A stretch of 64,000 nt of DNA from Eledone cirrhosa (lineage: Eukaryota). Below, piece by piece: positions 29,901 through 43,900 of this stretch. Position 1 is the first letter of the stretch; each line of letters begins with the position of its first letter. Made by a program: the position numbers and the translations under genes. The stretch spans positions 91,636,001 through 91,700,000 of the forward strand of contig OZ024745.1 of assembly GCA_964016885.1 (NCBI GenBank), read 5' to 3'. Below the pieces are notes generated by a model. It was given only the letters and a program-made list of their open reading frames with translations. It was not told the DNA's origin and ran no database searches.

Positions 29901-31980
29901 AGTATCAAACAGCTGCACTAGATACAGTAAGTTATATTACTCTGAGTATCAAACACCTCCACTAGATACAGTAAGTTATATTACTCTGTCTGAGTATCAA
30001 ACAGCTCCACTAGATACAGTAAGTTATATTACTCTGTCTGAGTATCAAACAGCTCCACTAGATACAGTAAGTTATATTACTCTGAGTATCAAACAGCTCC
30101 ACTAGATACAGTAAGTTATATTACTCTGTCTGAGTATCAAACACCTCCACTAGATACAGTAAGTTATATTACTCTGTCTGAGTATCAAACAGCTCCACTA
30201 GATACAGTAAGTTATATTACTCTGTCTGAGTATCAAACAGCTCCACTAGATACAGTAAGTTATATTACTCTGTCTGAGTATCAAACAGCTCCACTAGATA
30301 CAGTAAGTTATATTACTCTGTCTGAGTATCAAACAGCTCCACTAGATACAGTAAGTTATATTACTCTGCCTGAGTATCAAACAGCTCCACTAGATACAGT
30401 AAGTTATATTACTCTGTCTGAGTATCAAACAGCTCCCCTAGATACAGTAAGTTATATTACTCTGTCTGAGTATCAAACATCTCCCCTAGATACAGTAAGT
30501 TATATTACTCTGCCTGAATATCAAACAGCTCCACTAGATACAGTAAGTTATATTACTCTGTCTGAGTATCAAACAGCTCCACTACATACAGTAAGTTATA
30601 TTACTCTGTCTGAGTATCAAACACCTCCACTAGATACAGTAAGTTATATTACCCTGTCTGAGTATCAAACAGCTCCACTAGATACAGTAAGTTATATTAC
30701 TCTGCCTGAGTATCAAACAGCTCCACTAGATACAGTAAGTTATATTACTCTGTCTGAGTATCAAACAGCTCCACTAGATACAGTAAGTTATATTACTCTG
30801 TCTGAGTATCAAACAGCTCCACTAGATACAGTAAGTTATATTACTCTGTCTGAGTATCAAACAGCTCCACTAGATACAGTAAGTTATATTACTCTGTCTG
30901 AGTATCAAACACCTCCACTAGATACAGTAAGTTATATTACTCTGTCTGAGTATCAAACAGCTCCACTAGATACAGTAAGTTATATTACTCTGTCTGATTA
31001 TCAAACAGCTCCACTAGATGCAGTAAGTTATATTACTCTGTCTGATTATCAAACAGCTCCACTACATACAGTAAGTTATATTACTCTGCCTGAGTATCAA
31101 ACAGCTCCACTACATACAGTAAGTTATATTACTCTGCCTGAGTATCAAACAGCTCCACTAGATACAGTAAGTTATATTACTTTGTCTGAGTATCAAACAC
31201 CTCCACTAGATACAGTAAGTTATATTACTCTGTCTGAGTATCAAACAGCTCCACTAGATACAGTAAGTTATATTACTCTGTCTGAGTATCAAACAGCTCC
31301 ACTAGATACAGTAAGTTATATTACTCTGTCTGAGTATCAAACAGCTCCACTAGATACAGTAAGTTATATTACTCTGTCTGAGTATCAAACAGCTCCACTA
31401 TATAAAGTAAGTTATATTACTCTGTCTGAGTATCAAACAGCTCCACTAGATACAGTAAGTTATATTACTCTGTCTGAGTATCAAACAGCTCCACTAGATA
31501 CAGTAAGTTATATTACTCTGTCTGAGTATCAAACACCTCCACTAGATACAGTAAGTTATATTACTCTGTCTGAGTATCAAACAGCTCCACTAGATACAGT
31601 AAGTTATATTACTCTGCCTGAGTATCAAACAGCTCCACTAGATGCAGTAAGTTATATTACTCTGTCTGATTATCAAACAGCTCCACTACATACAGTAAGT
31701 TATATTACTCTGCCTGAGTATCAAACAGCTCCACTAGATACATACAGTAAGTTATATTACTCTGCCTGAGTATCAAACAGCTCCACTACATACAGTAAGT
31801 TATATTACTCCGCCTGAGTATCAAACAGCTCCACTACATACAGTAAGTTATATTACTCCGCCTGAGTATCAAACAGCTCCACTACATACAGTAAGTTATA
31901 TTACTCTGTCTGAGTATCAAACAGCTCCACTAGATACAGTAAGTTATATTACTCTGCCTGAGTATCAAACAGCTCCACTA
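14990..31980. repeat. Tandem duplication with 8496-bp (177 x 48) period: ~14990-23485 and ~23486-31980
   Basis: Markers recur at +8496: 15298/23794, 22686/31182, deletion units 21445/29941, and the rare ACAGTCAGT variant seen only at 15717 and 24213. Boundaries are approximate to about one monomer. Confidence 0.85.
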
Positions 31981-34900
31981 GATACAGTAAGTTATATTAC
32001 TCTGCCTGAGTATCAAACAGCTCCACTAGATACAGTAAGTTATATTACGCTGTCTGAGTATCAAACAGCTCCCCTAGATACAGTAAGTTATATTACTCTG
32101 CCTGAGTATCAAATAGCTCCACTAGATACAGTAAGTTATATTACACTGCCTGAGTATGAAACAGCTCCACTAGGTACAGTAAGTTATATTACTCTGCCTG
32201 AGTATCAAACAGTTCCACTAGATGCAGTAAGTTATATTACTCTGCCTGAGTATCAAACAACTCCACTAGATACAGTAAGTTATATTACTCTGCCTGCGTA
32301 TCAAACAGCTCCACTAGATACAGTAAGTTATATTACTCTGCCTGAGTATCAAACAGCTCCACTAGATACAGTAAGTTATATTACTCTGTCTGAGTATCAA
32401 ACAGCTCCACTAGATACAGTAAGTTATATTACTCTGTCTGAGTATCAAATAGCTCCACTAGATACAGTAAGTTATATTACTCTGCCTGAGTATCAAACAG
32501 CTCCACTACATACAGTAAGTTATATTACTCTGCCTGAGTATCAAACAGCTCCACTAGATACAGTAAGTTATGTTACTCTTCCTGAGTATCAAACAGCTCC
32601 ACTAGATACAGTAAGTTATATTACTCTGCCTGAGTATCAAACAGCTCCACTAGATACAGTAAGTTATGTTACTCTGTCTGAGTATCAAACAGCTCCACTA
32701 GATACAGTAAGTTATATTACTCTGTCTGAGTATCAAACACCTCCACTAGATACAGTAAGTTATATTACTCTGTCTGAGTATCAAACAGCTCCACTAGATA
32801 CAGTAAGTTATATTACTCTGTCTGAGTATCAAACAGCTCCACTAGATACAGTAAGTTATATTACTCTATCTGAGTATCAAACAGCTCCACTAGATACAGT
32901 AAGTTATATTACTCTGTCTGAGTATCAAACAGCTCCACTAGATACAGTAAGTTATATTACTCTGCCTGAGTATCAAACAGCTCCACTAGATACAGTAAGT
33001 TATATTACTCTGTCTGAGTATCAAACAGCTCCCCTAGATACAGTAAGTTATATTACTCTGTCTGAGTATCAAACATCTCCCCTAGATACAGTAAGTTATA
33101 TTACTCTGCCTGAGTATCAAACAGCTCCACTAGATACAGTAAGTTATATTACTCTGTCTGAGTATCAAACAGCTCCACTACATACAGTAAGTTATATTAC
33201 TCTGTCTGAGTATCAAACACCTCCACTAGATACAGTAAGTTATATTACTCTGTCTGAGTATCAAACACCTCCACTAGATACAGTAAGTTATATTACTCTG
33301 TCTGAGTATCAAACAGCTCCACTAGATACAGTAAGTTATATTACTCTGTCTGATTATCAAACAGCTCCACTAGATGCAGTAAGTTATATTACTCTGTCTG
33401 ATTATCAAACAGCTCCACTACATACAGTAAGTTATATTACTCTGCCTGAGTATCAAACAGCTCCACTACATACAGTAAGTTATATTACTCTGCCTGAGTA
33501 TCAAACAGCTCCACTAGATACAGTAAGTTATATTACTTTGTCTGAGTATCAAACACCTCCACTAGATACAGTAAGTTATATTACTCTGTCTGAGTATCAA
33601 ACAGCTCCACTAGATACAGTAAGTTATATTACTCTGTCTGAGTATCAAACAGCTCCACTAGATACAGTAAGTTATATTACTCTGTCTGAGTATCAAACAG
33701 CTCCACTAGATACAGTAAGTTATATTACTCTGTCTGAGTATCAAACAGCTCCACTATATAAAGTAAGTTATATTACTCTGTCTGAGTATCAAACAGCTCC
33801 ACTAGATACAGTAAGTTATATTACTCTGTCTGAGTATCAAACAGCTCCACTAGATACAGTAAGTTATATTACTCTGTCTGAGTATCAAACACCTCCACTA
33901 GATACAGTAAGTTATATTACTCTGTCTGAGTATCAAACAGCTCCACTAGATACAGTAAGTTATATTACTCTGCCTGAGTATCAAACAGCTCCACTAGATG
34001 CAGTAAGTTATATTACTCTGTCTGATTATCAAACAGCTCCACTACATACAGTAAGTTATATTACTCTGCCTGAGTATCAAACAGCTCCACTAGATACATA
34101 CAGTAAGTTATATTACTCTGCCTGAGTATCAAACAGCTCCACTACATACAGTAAGTTATATTACTCCGCCTGAGTATCAAACAGCTCCACTACATACAGT
34201 AAGTTATATTACTCCGCCTGAGTATCAAACAGCTCCACTACATACAGTAAGTTATATTACTCTGTCTGAGTATCAAACAGCTCCACTAGATACAGTAAGT
34301 TATATTACTCTGCCTGAGTATCAAACAGCTCCACTAGATACAGTAAGTTATATTACTCTGCCTGAGTATCAAACAGCTCCACTAGATACAGTAAGTTATA
34401 TTACGCTGTCTGAGTATCAAACAGCTCCCCTAGATACAGTAAGTTATATTACTCTGCCTGAGTATCAAATAGCTCCACTAGATACAGTAAGTTATATTAC
34501 ACTGCCTGAGTATGAAACAGCTCCACTAGGTACAGTAAGTTATATTACTCTGCCTGAGTATCAAACAGTTCCACTAGATGCAGTAAGTTATATTACTCTG
34601 CCTGAGTATCAAACAACTCCACTAGATACAGTAAGTTATATTACTCTGCCTGCGTATCAAACAGCTCCACTAGATACAGTAAGTTATATTACTCTGCCTG
34701 AGTATCAAACAGCTCCACTAGATACAGTAAGTTATATTACTCTGTCTGAGTATCAAACAGCTCCACTAGATACAGTAAGTTATATTACTCTGTCTGAGTA
34801 TCAAATAGCTCCACTAGATACAGTAAGTTATATTACTCTGCCTGAGTATCAAACAGCTCCACTACATACAGTAAGTTATATTACTCTGCCTGAGTATCAA

Positions 34901-37900
34901 ACAGCTCCACTAGATACAGTAAGTTATGTTACTCTTCCTGAGTATCAAACAGCTCCACTAGATACAGTAAGTTATATTACTCTGCCTGAGTATCAAACAG
35001 CTCCACTAGATACAGTAAGTTATGTTACTCTGTCTGAGTATCAAACAGCTCCACTAGATACAGTAAGTTATATTACTCTGTCTGAGTATCAAACAGCTCC
35101 ACTAGATACAGTAAGTTATATTACTCTGCCTGAGTATCAAACAGCTCCACTAGATACAGTAAGTTATATTACTCTGTCTGAGTATCAAACACCTCCACTA
35201 GATACAGTAAGTTATATTACTCTGTCTGAGTATCAAACAGCTCCACTAGATACAGTAAGTTATATTACTCTGTCTGAGTATCAAACAGCTCCACTAGATA
35301 CAGTAAGTTATATTACTCTGTCTGAGTATCAAACAGCTCCACTATATAAAGTAAGTTATATTACTCTGTCTGAGTATCAAACAGCTCCACTAGATACAGT
35401 AAGTTATATTACTCTGTCTGAGTATCAAACAGCTCCACTAGATACAGTTAGTTATATTACTCTGTCTGAGTATCAAACACCTCCACTAGATACAGTAAGT
35501 TATATTACTCTGTCTGAGTATCAAACAGCTCCACTAGATACAGTAAGTTATATTACTCTGCCTGAGTATCAAACAGCTCCACTAGATGCAGTAAGTTATA
35601 TTACTCTGTCTGATTATCAAACAGCTCCACTACATACAGTAAGTTATATTACTCTGCCTGAGTATCAAACAGCTCCACTACATACAGTAAGTTATATTAC
35701 TCTGCCTGAGTATCAAACAGCTCCACTACATACAGTAAGTTATATTACTCCGCCTGAGTATCAAACAGCTCCACTACATACAGTAAGTTATATTACTCTG
35801 CCTGAGTATCAAACAGCTCCACTAGATACAGTAAGTTATATTACTCTGCCTGAGTATCAAACAGCTCCACTAGATACAGTAAGTTATATTACGCTGTCTG
35901 AGTATCAAACAGCTCCCCTAGATACAGTAAGTTATATTACTCTGCCTGAGTATCAAATAGCTCCACTAGATACAGTAAGTTATATTACACTGCCTGAGTA
36001 TGAAACAGCTCCACTAGGTACAGTAAGTTATATTACTCTGCCTGAGTATCAAACAGTTCCACTAGATGCAGTAAGTTATATTACTCTGCCTGAGTATCAA
36101 ACAACTCCACTAGATACAGTAAGTTATATTACTCTGCCTGCGTATCAAACAGCTCCACTAGATACAGTAAGTTATATTACTCTGCCTGAGTATCAAACAG
36201 CTCCACTAGATACAGTAAGTTATATTACTCTGTCTGAGTATCAAACAGCTCCACTAGATACAGTAAGTTATATTACTCTGTCTGAGTATCAAATAGCTCC
36301 ACTAGATACAGTAAGTTATATTACTCTGCCTGAGTATCAAACAGCTCCACTACATACAGTAAGTTATATTACTCTGCCTGAGTATCAAACAGCTCCACTA
36401 GATACAGTAAGTTATATTACTCTGCCTGAGTATCAAACAGCTCCACTAGATACAGTAAGTTATATTACTCTGCCTGAGTATCAAACAGCTCCACTAGATA
36501 CAGTAAGTTATATTACTCTGTCTGAGTATCAAACAGCTCCACTAGATACAGTAAGTTATATTACTCTGCCTGAGTATCAAACAGCTCCACTACATACAGT
36601 AAGTTATATTACTCTGCCTGAGTATCAAACAGCTCCACTACATACAGTAAGTTATATTACTCCGCCTGAGTATCAAACAGCTCCACTAGATACAGTAAGT
36701 TATATTACTCTGTCTGAGTATCAAACAGCTCCACTAGATACAGTAAGTTATATTACTCTGTCTGAGTATCAAACAGCTCCACTAGATACAGTAAATTATA
36801 TTACTCTGTCTGAGTATCAAACACCTCCACTAGATACAGTAAGTTATATTACTCTGTCTGAGTATCAAACAGCTCCACTAGATACAGTAAGTTATATTAC
36901 TCTCCCTGAGTATCAAACAGCTCCACTAGATGCAGTAAGTTATATTACTCTGTCTGATTATCAAACAGCTCCACTACATACAGTAAGTTATATTACTCTG
37001 CCTGAGTATCAAACAGCTCCACTACATACAGTAAGTTATATTACTCTGCCTGAGTATCAAACAGCTCCACTAGATACAGTAAGTTATATTACTCTGTCTG
37101 AGTATCAAACAGCTCCACTAGATACAGTAAGTTATATTACTCTGTCTGAGTATCAAACAGCTCCACTAGATACAGTAAGTTATATTACTCTGCCTGAGTA
37201 TCAAACAGCTCCACTAGATACAGTAAGTTATATTACTCTGTCTGAGTATCAAACAGCTCCCCTAGATACAGTAAGTTATATTACTCTGTCTGAGTATCAA
37301 ACATCTCCCCTAGATACAGTAAGTTATATTACTCTGCCTGAGTATCAAACAGCTCCACTAGATACAGTAAGTTATATTACTCTGTCTGAGTATCAAACAG
37401 CTCCACTACATACAGTAAGTTATATTACTCTGTCTGAGTATCAAACACCTCCACTAGATACAGTAAGTTATATTACTCTGTCTGAGTATCAAACACCTCC
37501 ACTAGATACAGTAAGTTATATTACTCTGTCTGAGTATCAAACAGCTCCACTAGATACAGTAAGTTATATTACTCTGTCTGATTATCAAACAGCTCCACTA
37601 GATGCAGTAAGTTATATTACTCTGTCTGATTATCAAACAGCTCCACTACATACAGTAAGTTATATTACTCTGCCTGAGTATCAAACAGCTCCACTACATA
37701 CAGTAAGTTATATTACTCTGCCTGAGTATCAAACAGCTCCACTAGATACAGTAAGTTATATTACTTTGTCTGAGTATCAAACACCTCCACTAGATACAGT
37801 AAGTTATATTACTCTGTCTGAGTATCAAACAGCTCCACTAGATACAGTAAGTTATATTACTCTGTCTGAGTATCAAACAGCTCCACTAGATACAGTAAGT

Positions 37901-40900
37901 TATATTACTCTGTCTGAGTATCAAACAGCTCCACTAGATACAGTAAGTTATATTACTCTGTCTGAGTATCAAACAGCTCCACTATATAAAGTAAGTTATA
38001 TTACTCTGTCTGAGTATCAAACAGCTCCACTAGATACAGTAAGTTATATTACTCTGTCTGAGTATCAAACAGCTCCACTAGATACAGTAAGTTATATTAC
38101 TCTGTCTGAGTATCAAACACCTCCACTAGATACAGTAAGTTATATTACTCTGTCTGAGTATCAAACAGCTCCACTAGATACAGTAAGTTATATTACTCTG
38201 CCTGAGTATCAAACAGCTCCACTAGATGCAGTAAGTTATATTACTCTGTCTGATTATCAAACAGCTCCACTACATACAGTAAGTTATATTACTCTGCCTG
38301 AGTATCAAACAGCTCCACTAGATACATACAGTAAGTTATATTACTCTGCCTGAGTATCAAACAGCTCCACTACATACAGTAAGTTATATTACTCCGCCTG
38401 AGTATCAAACAGCTCCACTACATACAGTAAGTTATATTACTCCGCCTGAGTATCAAACAGCTCCACTACATACAGTAAGTTATATTACTCTGTCTGAGTA
38501 TCAAACAGCTCCACTAGATACAGTAAGTTATATTACTCTGCCTGAGTATCAAACAGCTCCACTAGATACAGTAAGTTATATTACTCTGCCTGAGTATCAA
38601 ACAGCTCCACTAGATACAGTAAGTTATATTACGCTGTCTGAGTATCAAACAGCTCCCCTAGATACAGTAAGTTATATTACTCTGCCTGAGTATCAAATAG
38701 CTCCACTAGATACAGTAAGTTATATTACACTGCCTGAGTATGAAACAGCTCCACTAGGTACAGTAAGTTATATTACTCTGCCTGAGTATCAAACAGTTCC
38801 ACTAGATGCAGTAAGTTATATTACTCTGCCTGAGTATCAAACAACTCCACTAGATACAGTAAGTTATATTACTCTGCCTGCGTATCAAACAGCTCCACTA
38901 GATACAGTAAGTTATATTACTCTGCCTGAGTATCAAACAGCTCCACTAGATACAGTAAGTTATATTACTCTGTCTGAGTATCAAACAGCTCCACTAGATA
39001 CAGTAAGTTATATTACTCTGCCTGAGTATCAAACAGCTCCACTACATACAGTAAGTTATATTACTCTGCCTGAGTATCAAACAGCTCCACTAGATACAGT
39101 AAGTTATGTTACTCTTCCTGAGTATCAAACAGCTCCACTAGATACAGTAAGTTATATTACTCTGCCTGAGTATCAAACAGCTCCACTAGATACAGTAAGT
39201 TATGTTACTCTGTCTGAGTATCAAACAGCTCCACTAGATACAGTAAGTTATATTACTCTGTCTGAGTATCAAACAGCTCCACTAGATACAGTAAGTTATA
39301 TTACTCTGCCTGAGTATCAAACAGCTCCACTAGATACAGTAAGTTATATTACTCTGTCTGAGTATCAAACACCTCCACTAGATACAGTAAGTTATATTAC
39401 TCTGTCTGAGTATCAAACAGCTCCACTAGATACAGTAAGTTATATTACTCTGTCTGAGTATCAAACAGCTCCACTAGATACAGTAAGTTATATTACTCTG
39501 TCTGAGTATCAAACAGCTCCACTATATAAAGTAAGTTATATTACTCTGTCTGAGTATCAAACAGCTCCACTAGATACAGTAAGTTATATTACTCTGTCTG
39601 AGTATCAAACAGCTCCACTAGATACAGTTAGTTATATTACTCTGTCTGAGTATCAAACACCTCCACTAGATACAGTAAGTTATATTACTCTGTCTGAGTA
39701 TCAAACAGCTCCACTAGATACAGTAAGTTATATTACTCTGCCTGAGTATCAAACAGCTCCACTAGATGCAGTAAGTTATATTACTCTGTCTGATTATCAA
39801 ACAGCTCCACTACATACAGTAAGTTATATTACTCTGCCTGAGTATCAAACAGCTCCACTACATACAGTAAGTTATATTACTCTGCCTGAGTATCAAACAG
39901 CTCCACTACATACAGTAAGTTATATTACTCCGCCTGAGTATCAAACAGCTCCACTACATACAGTAAGTTATATTACTCTGCCTGAGTATCAAACAGCTCC
40001 ACTAGATACAGTAAGTTATATTACTCTGCCTGAGTATCAAACAGCTCCACTAGATACAGTAAGTTATATTACGCTGTCTGAGTATCAAACAGCTCCCCTA
40101 GATACAGTAAGTTATATTACTCTGCCTGAGTATCAAATAGCTCCACTAGATACAGTAAGTTATATTACACTGCCTGAGTATGAAACAGCTCCACTAGGTA
40201 CAGTAAGTTATATTACTCTGCCTGAGTATCAAACAGTTCCACTAGATGCAGTAAGTTATATTACTCTGCCTGAGTATCAAACAACTCCACTAGATACAGT
40301 AAGTTATATTACTCTGCCTGCGTATCAAACAGCTCCACTAGATACAGTAAGTTATATTACTCTGCCTGAGTATCAAACAGCTCCACTAGATACAGTAAGT
40401 TATATTACTCTGTCTGAGTATCAAACAGCTCCACTAGATACAGTAAGTTATATTACTCTGTCTGAGTATCAAATAGCTCCACTAGATACAGTAAGTTATA
40501 TTACTCTGCCTGAGTATCAAACAGCTCCACTACATACAGTAAGTTATATTACTCTGCCTGAGTATCAAACAGCTCCACTAGATACAGTAAGTTATATTAC
40601 TCTGCCTGAGTATCAAACAGCTCCACTAGATACAGTAAGTTATATTACTCTGCCTGAGTATCAAACAGCTCCACTAGATACAGTAAGTTATATTACTCTG
40701 TCTGAGTATCAAACAGCTCCACTAGATACAGTAAGTTATATTACTCTGCCTGAGTATCAAACAGCTCCACTACATACAGTAAGTTATATTACTCTGCCTG
40801 AGTATCAAACAGCTCCACTACATACAGTAAGTTATATTACTCCGCCTGAGTATCAAACAGCTCCACTAGATACAGTAAGTTATATTACTCTGTCTGAGTA

Positions 40901-43900
40901 TCAAACAGCTCCACTAGATACAGTAAGTTATATTACTCTGTCTGAGTATCAAACAGCTCCACTAGATACAGTAAATTATATTACTCTGTCTGAGTATCAA
41001 ACACCTCCACTAGATACAGTAAGTTATATTACTCTGTCTGAGTATCAAACAGCTCCACTAGATACAGTAAGTTATATTACTCTCCCTGAGTATCAAACAG
41101 CTCCACTAGATGCAGTAAGTTATATTACTCTGTCTGATTATCAAACAGCTCCACTACATACAGTAAGTTATATTACTCTGCCTGAGTATCAAACAGCTCC
41201 ACTACATACAGTAAGTTATATTACTCTGCCTGAGTATCAAACAGCTCCACTAGATACAGTAAGTTATATTACTCTGTCTGAGTATCAAACACCTCCACTA
41301 GATACAGTAAGTTATATTACTCTGTCTGAGTATCAAACAGCTCCACTAGATACAGTAAGTTATATTACTCTGTCTGAGTATCAAACAGCTCCACTAGATA
41401 CAGTAAGTTATATTACTCTGTCTGAGTATCAAACAGCTCCACTAGATACAGTAAGTTATATTACTCTGTCTGAGTATCAAACACCTCCACTAGATACAGT
41501 AAGTTATATTACTCTGTCTGAGTATCAAACAGCTCCACTAGATACAGTAAGTTATATTACTCTGTCTGAGTATCAAACAGCTCCACTAGATACAGTAAGT
41601 TATATTACTCTGTCTGAGTATCAAACCGCTCCACTAGATACATTAAGTTATATTACTCTGTCTGAGTATCAAACAGCTCCACTAGATACAGTAAGTTATA
41701 TTACTCTGCCTGAGTATCAAACAGCTCCACTAGATACAGTAAGTTATATTACTCTGCCTGAGTATCAAACAGCTCCACTAGATACAGTAAGTTATATTAC
41801 TCTGCCTGAGTATCAAACAGCTCCACTAGATACAGTAAGTTATATTACTCTGCCTGAGTATCAAATAGCTTCACTAGATACAGTAAGTTATATTACACTG
41901 CCTGAGTATCAAACAGCTCCACTAGGTACAGTAAGTTATATTACTCTGCCTGAGTATCAAACAGTTCCACTAGATGCAGTAAGTTATATTACTCTGCCTG
42001 AGTATCAAACAACTCCACTAGATACAGTAAGTTATATTACTCTGTCTGAGTATCAAACAGCTCCACTAGATACAGTAAGTTATATTACTCTGCCTGAGTA
42101 TCAAACAGCTCCACTAGATACAGTAAGTTATATTACTCTGTCTGAGTATCAAACATCTCCTCTAGATACAGTAAGTTATATTACTCTGCCTGAGTATCAG
42201 ACAGCTCCACTTGATACAGTAAGTTATATTACTCTGTCTGAGTATCAAACAGCTGCACTAGATACAGTAAGTTATATTACTCTGTCTGAGTATCAAACAC
42301 CTCCACTAGATACAGTAAGTTATATTACTCTGTCTGAGTATCAAACAGCTCCACTAGATACAGTAAGTTATATTACTCTGTCTGAGTATCAAACAGCTCC
42401 ACTAGATACAGTAAGTTATATTACTCTGTCTGAGTATCAAACAGCTCCACTAGATACAGTAAGTTATATTACTCTGTCTGAGTATCAAACAGCTCCACTA
42501 GATACAGTAAGTTATATTACTCTGCCTGAGTATCAAACAGCTCCACTAGATACAGTAAGTTATATTACTCTGTCTGAGTATCAAACAGCTCCCCTAGATA
42601 CAGTAAGTTATATTACTCTGTCTGAGTATCAAACATCTCCCCTAGATACAGTAAGTTATATTACTCTGCCTGAATATCAAACAGCTCCACTAGATACAGT
42701 AAGTTATATTACTCTGTCTGAGTATCAAACAGCTCCACTACATACAGTAAGTTATATTACTCTGTCTGAGTATCAAACACCTCCACTAGATACAGTAAGT
42801 TATATTACCCTGTCTGAGTATCAAACAGCTCCACTAGATACAGTAAGTTATATTACTCTGCCTGAGTATCAAACAGCTCCACTAGATACAGTAAGTTATA
42901 TTACTCTGTCTGAGTATCAAACAGCTCCACTAGATACAGTAAGTTATATTACTCTGTCTGAGTATCAAACAGCTCCACTAGATACAGTAAGTTATATTAC
43001 TCTGTCTGAGTATCAAACAGCTCCACTAGATACAGTAAGTTATATTACTCTGTCTGAGTATCAAACACCTCCACTAGATACAGTAAGTTATATTACTCTG
43101 TCTGAGTATCAAACAGCTCCACTAGATACAGTAAGTTATATTACTCTGTCTGATTATCAAACAGCTCCACTAGATGCAGTAAGTTATATTACTCTGTCTG
43201 ATTATCAAACAGCTCCACTACATACAGTAAGTTATATTACTCTGCCTGAGTATCAAACAGCTCCACTACATACAGTAAGTTATATTACTCTGCCTGAGTA
43301 TCAAACAGCTCCACTAGATACAGTAAGTTATATTACTTTGTCTGAGTATCAAACACCTCCACTAGATACAGTAAGTTATATTACTCTGTCTGAGTATCAA
43401 ACAGCTCCACTAGATACAGTAAGTTATATTACTCTGTCTGAGTATCAAACAGCTCCACTAGATACAGTAAGTTATATTACTCTGTCTGAGTATCAAACAG
43501 CTCCACTAGATACAGTAAGTTATATTACTCTGTCTGAGTATCAAACAGCTCCACTATATAAAGTAAGTTATATTACTCTGTCTGAGTATCAAACAGCTCC
43601 ACTAGATACAGTAAGTTATATTACTCTGTCTGAGTATCAAACAGCTCCACTAGATACAGTAAGTTATATTACTCTGTCTGAGTATCAAACACCTCCACTA
43701 GATACAGTAAGTTATATTACTCTGTCTGAGTATCAAACAGCTCCACTAGATACAGTAAGTTATATTACTCTGCCTGAGTATCAAACAGCTCCACTAGATG
43801 CAGTAAGTTATATTACTCTGTCTGATTATCAAACAGCTCCACTACATACAGTAAGTTATATTACTCTGCCTGAGTATCAAACAGCTCCACTAGATACATA

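Larger units (their letters stand above)
9750..37110. repeat. ~9.1-kb block duplicated at an 18240-bp (380 x 48) offset: ~9750-18870 and ~27990-37110
   Basis: Markers recur at +18240: TATTTTAC 11021/29261, deletion units 11701/29941, cassettes 12942/31182 and 15298/33538. The match breaks near 9746/27986 (TATGAA vs TATCAA) and 18872/37112 (ACCTCC vs AGCTCC). Confidence 0.8.
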
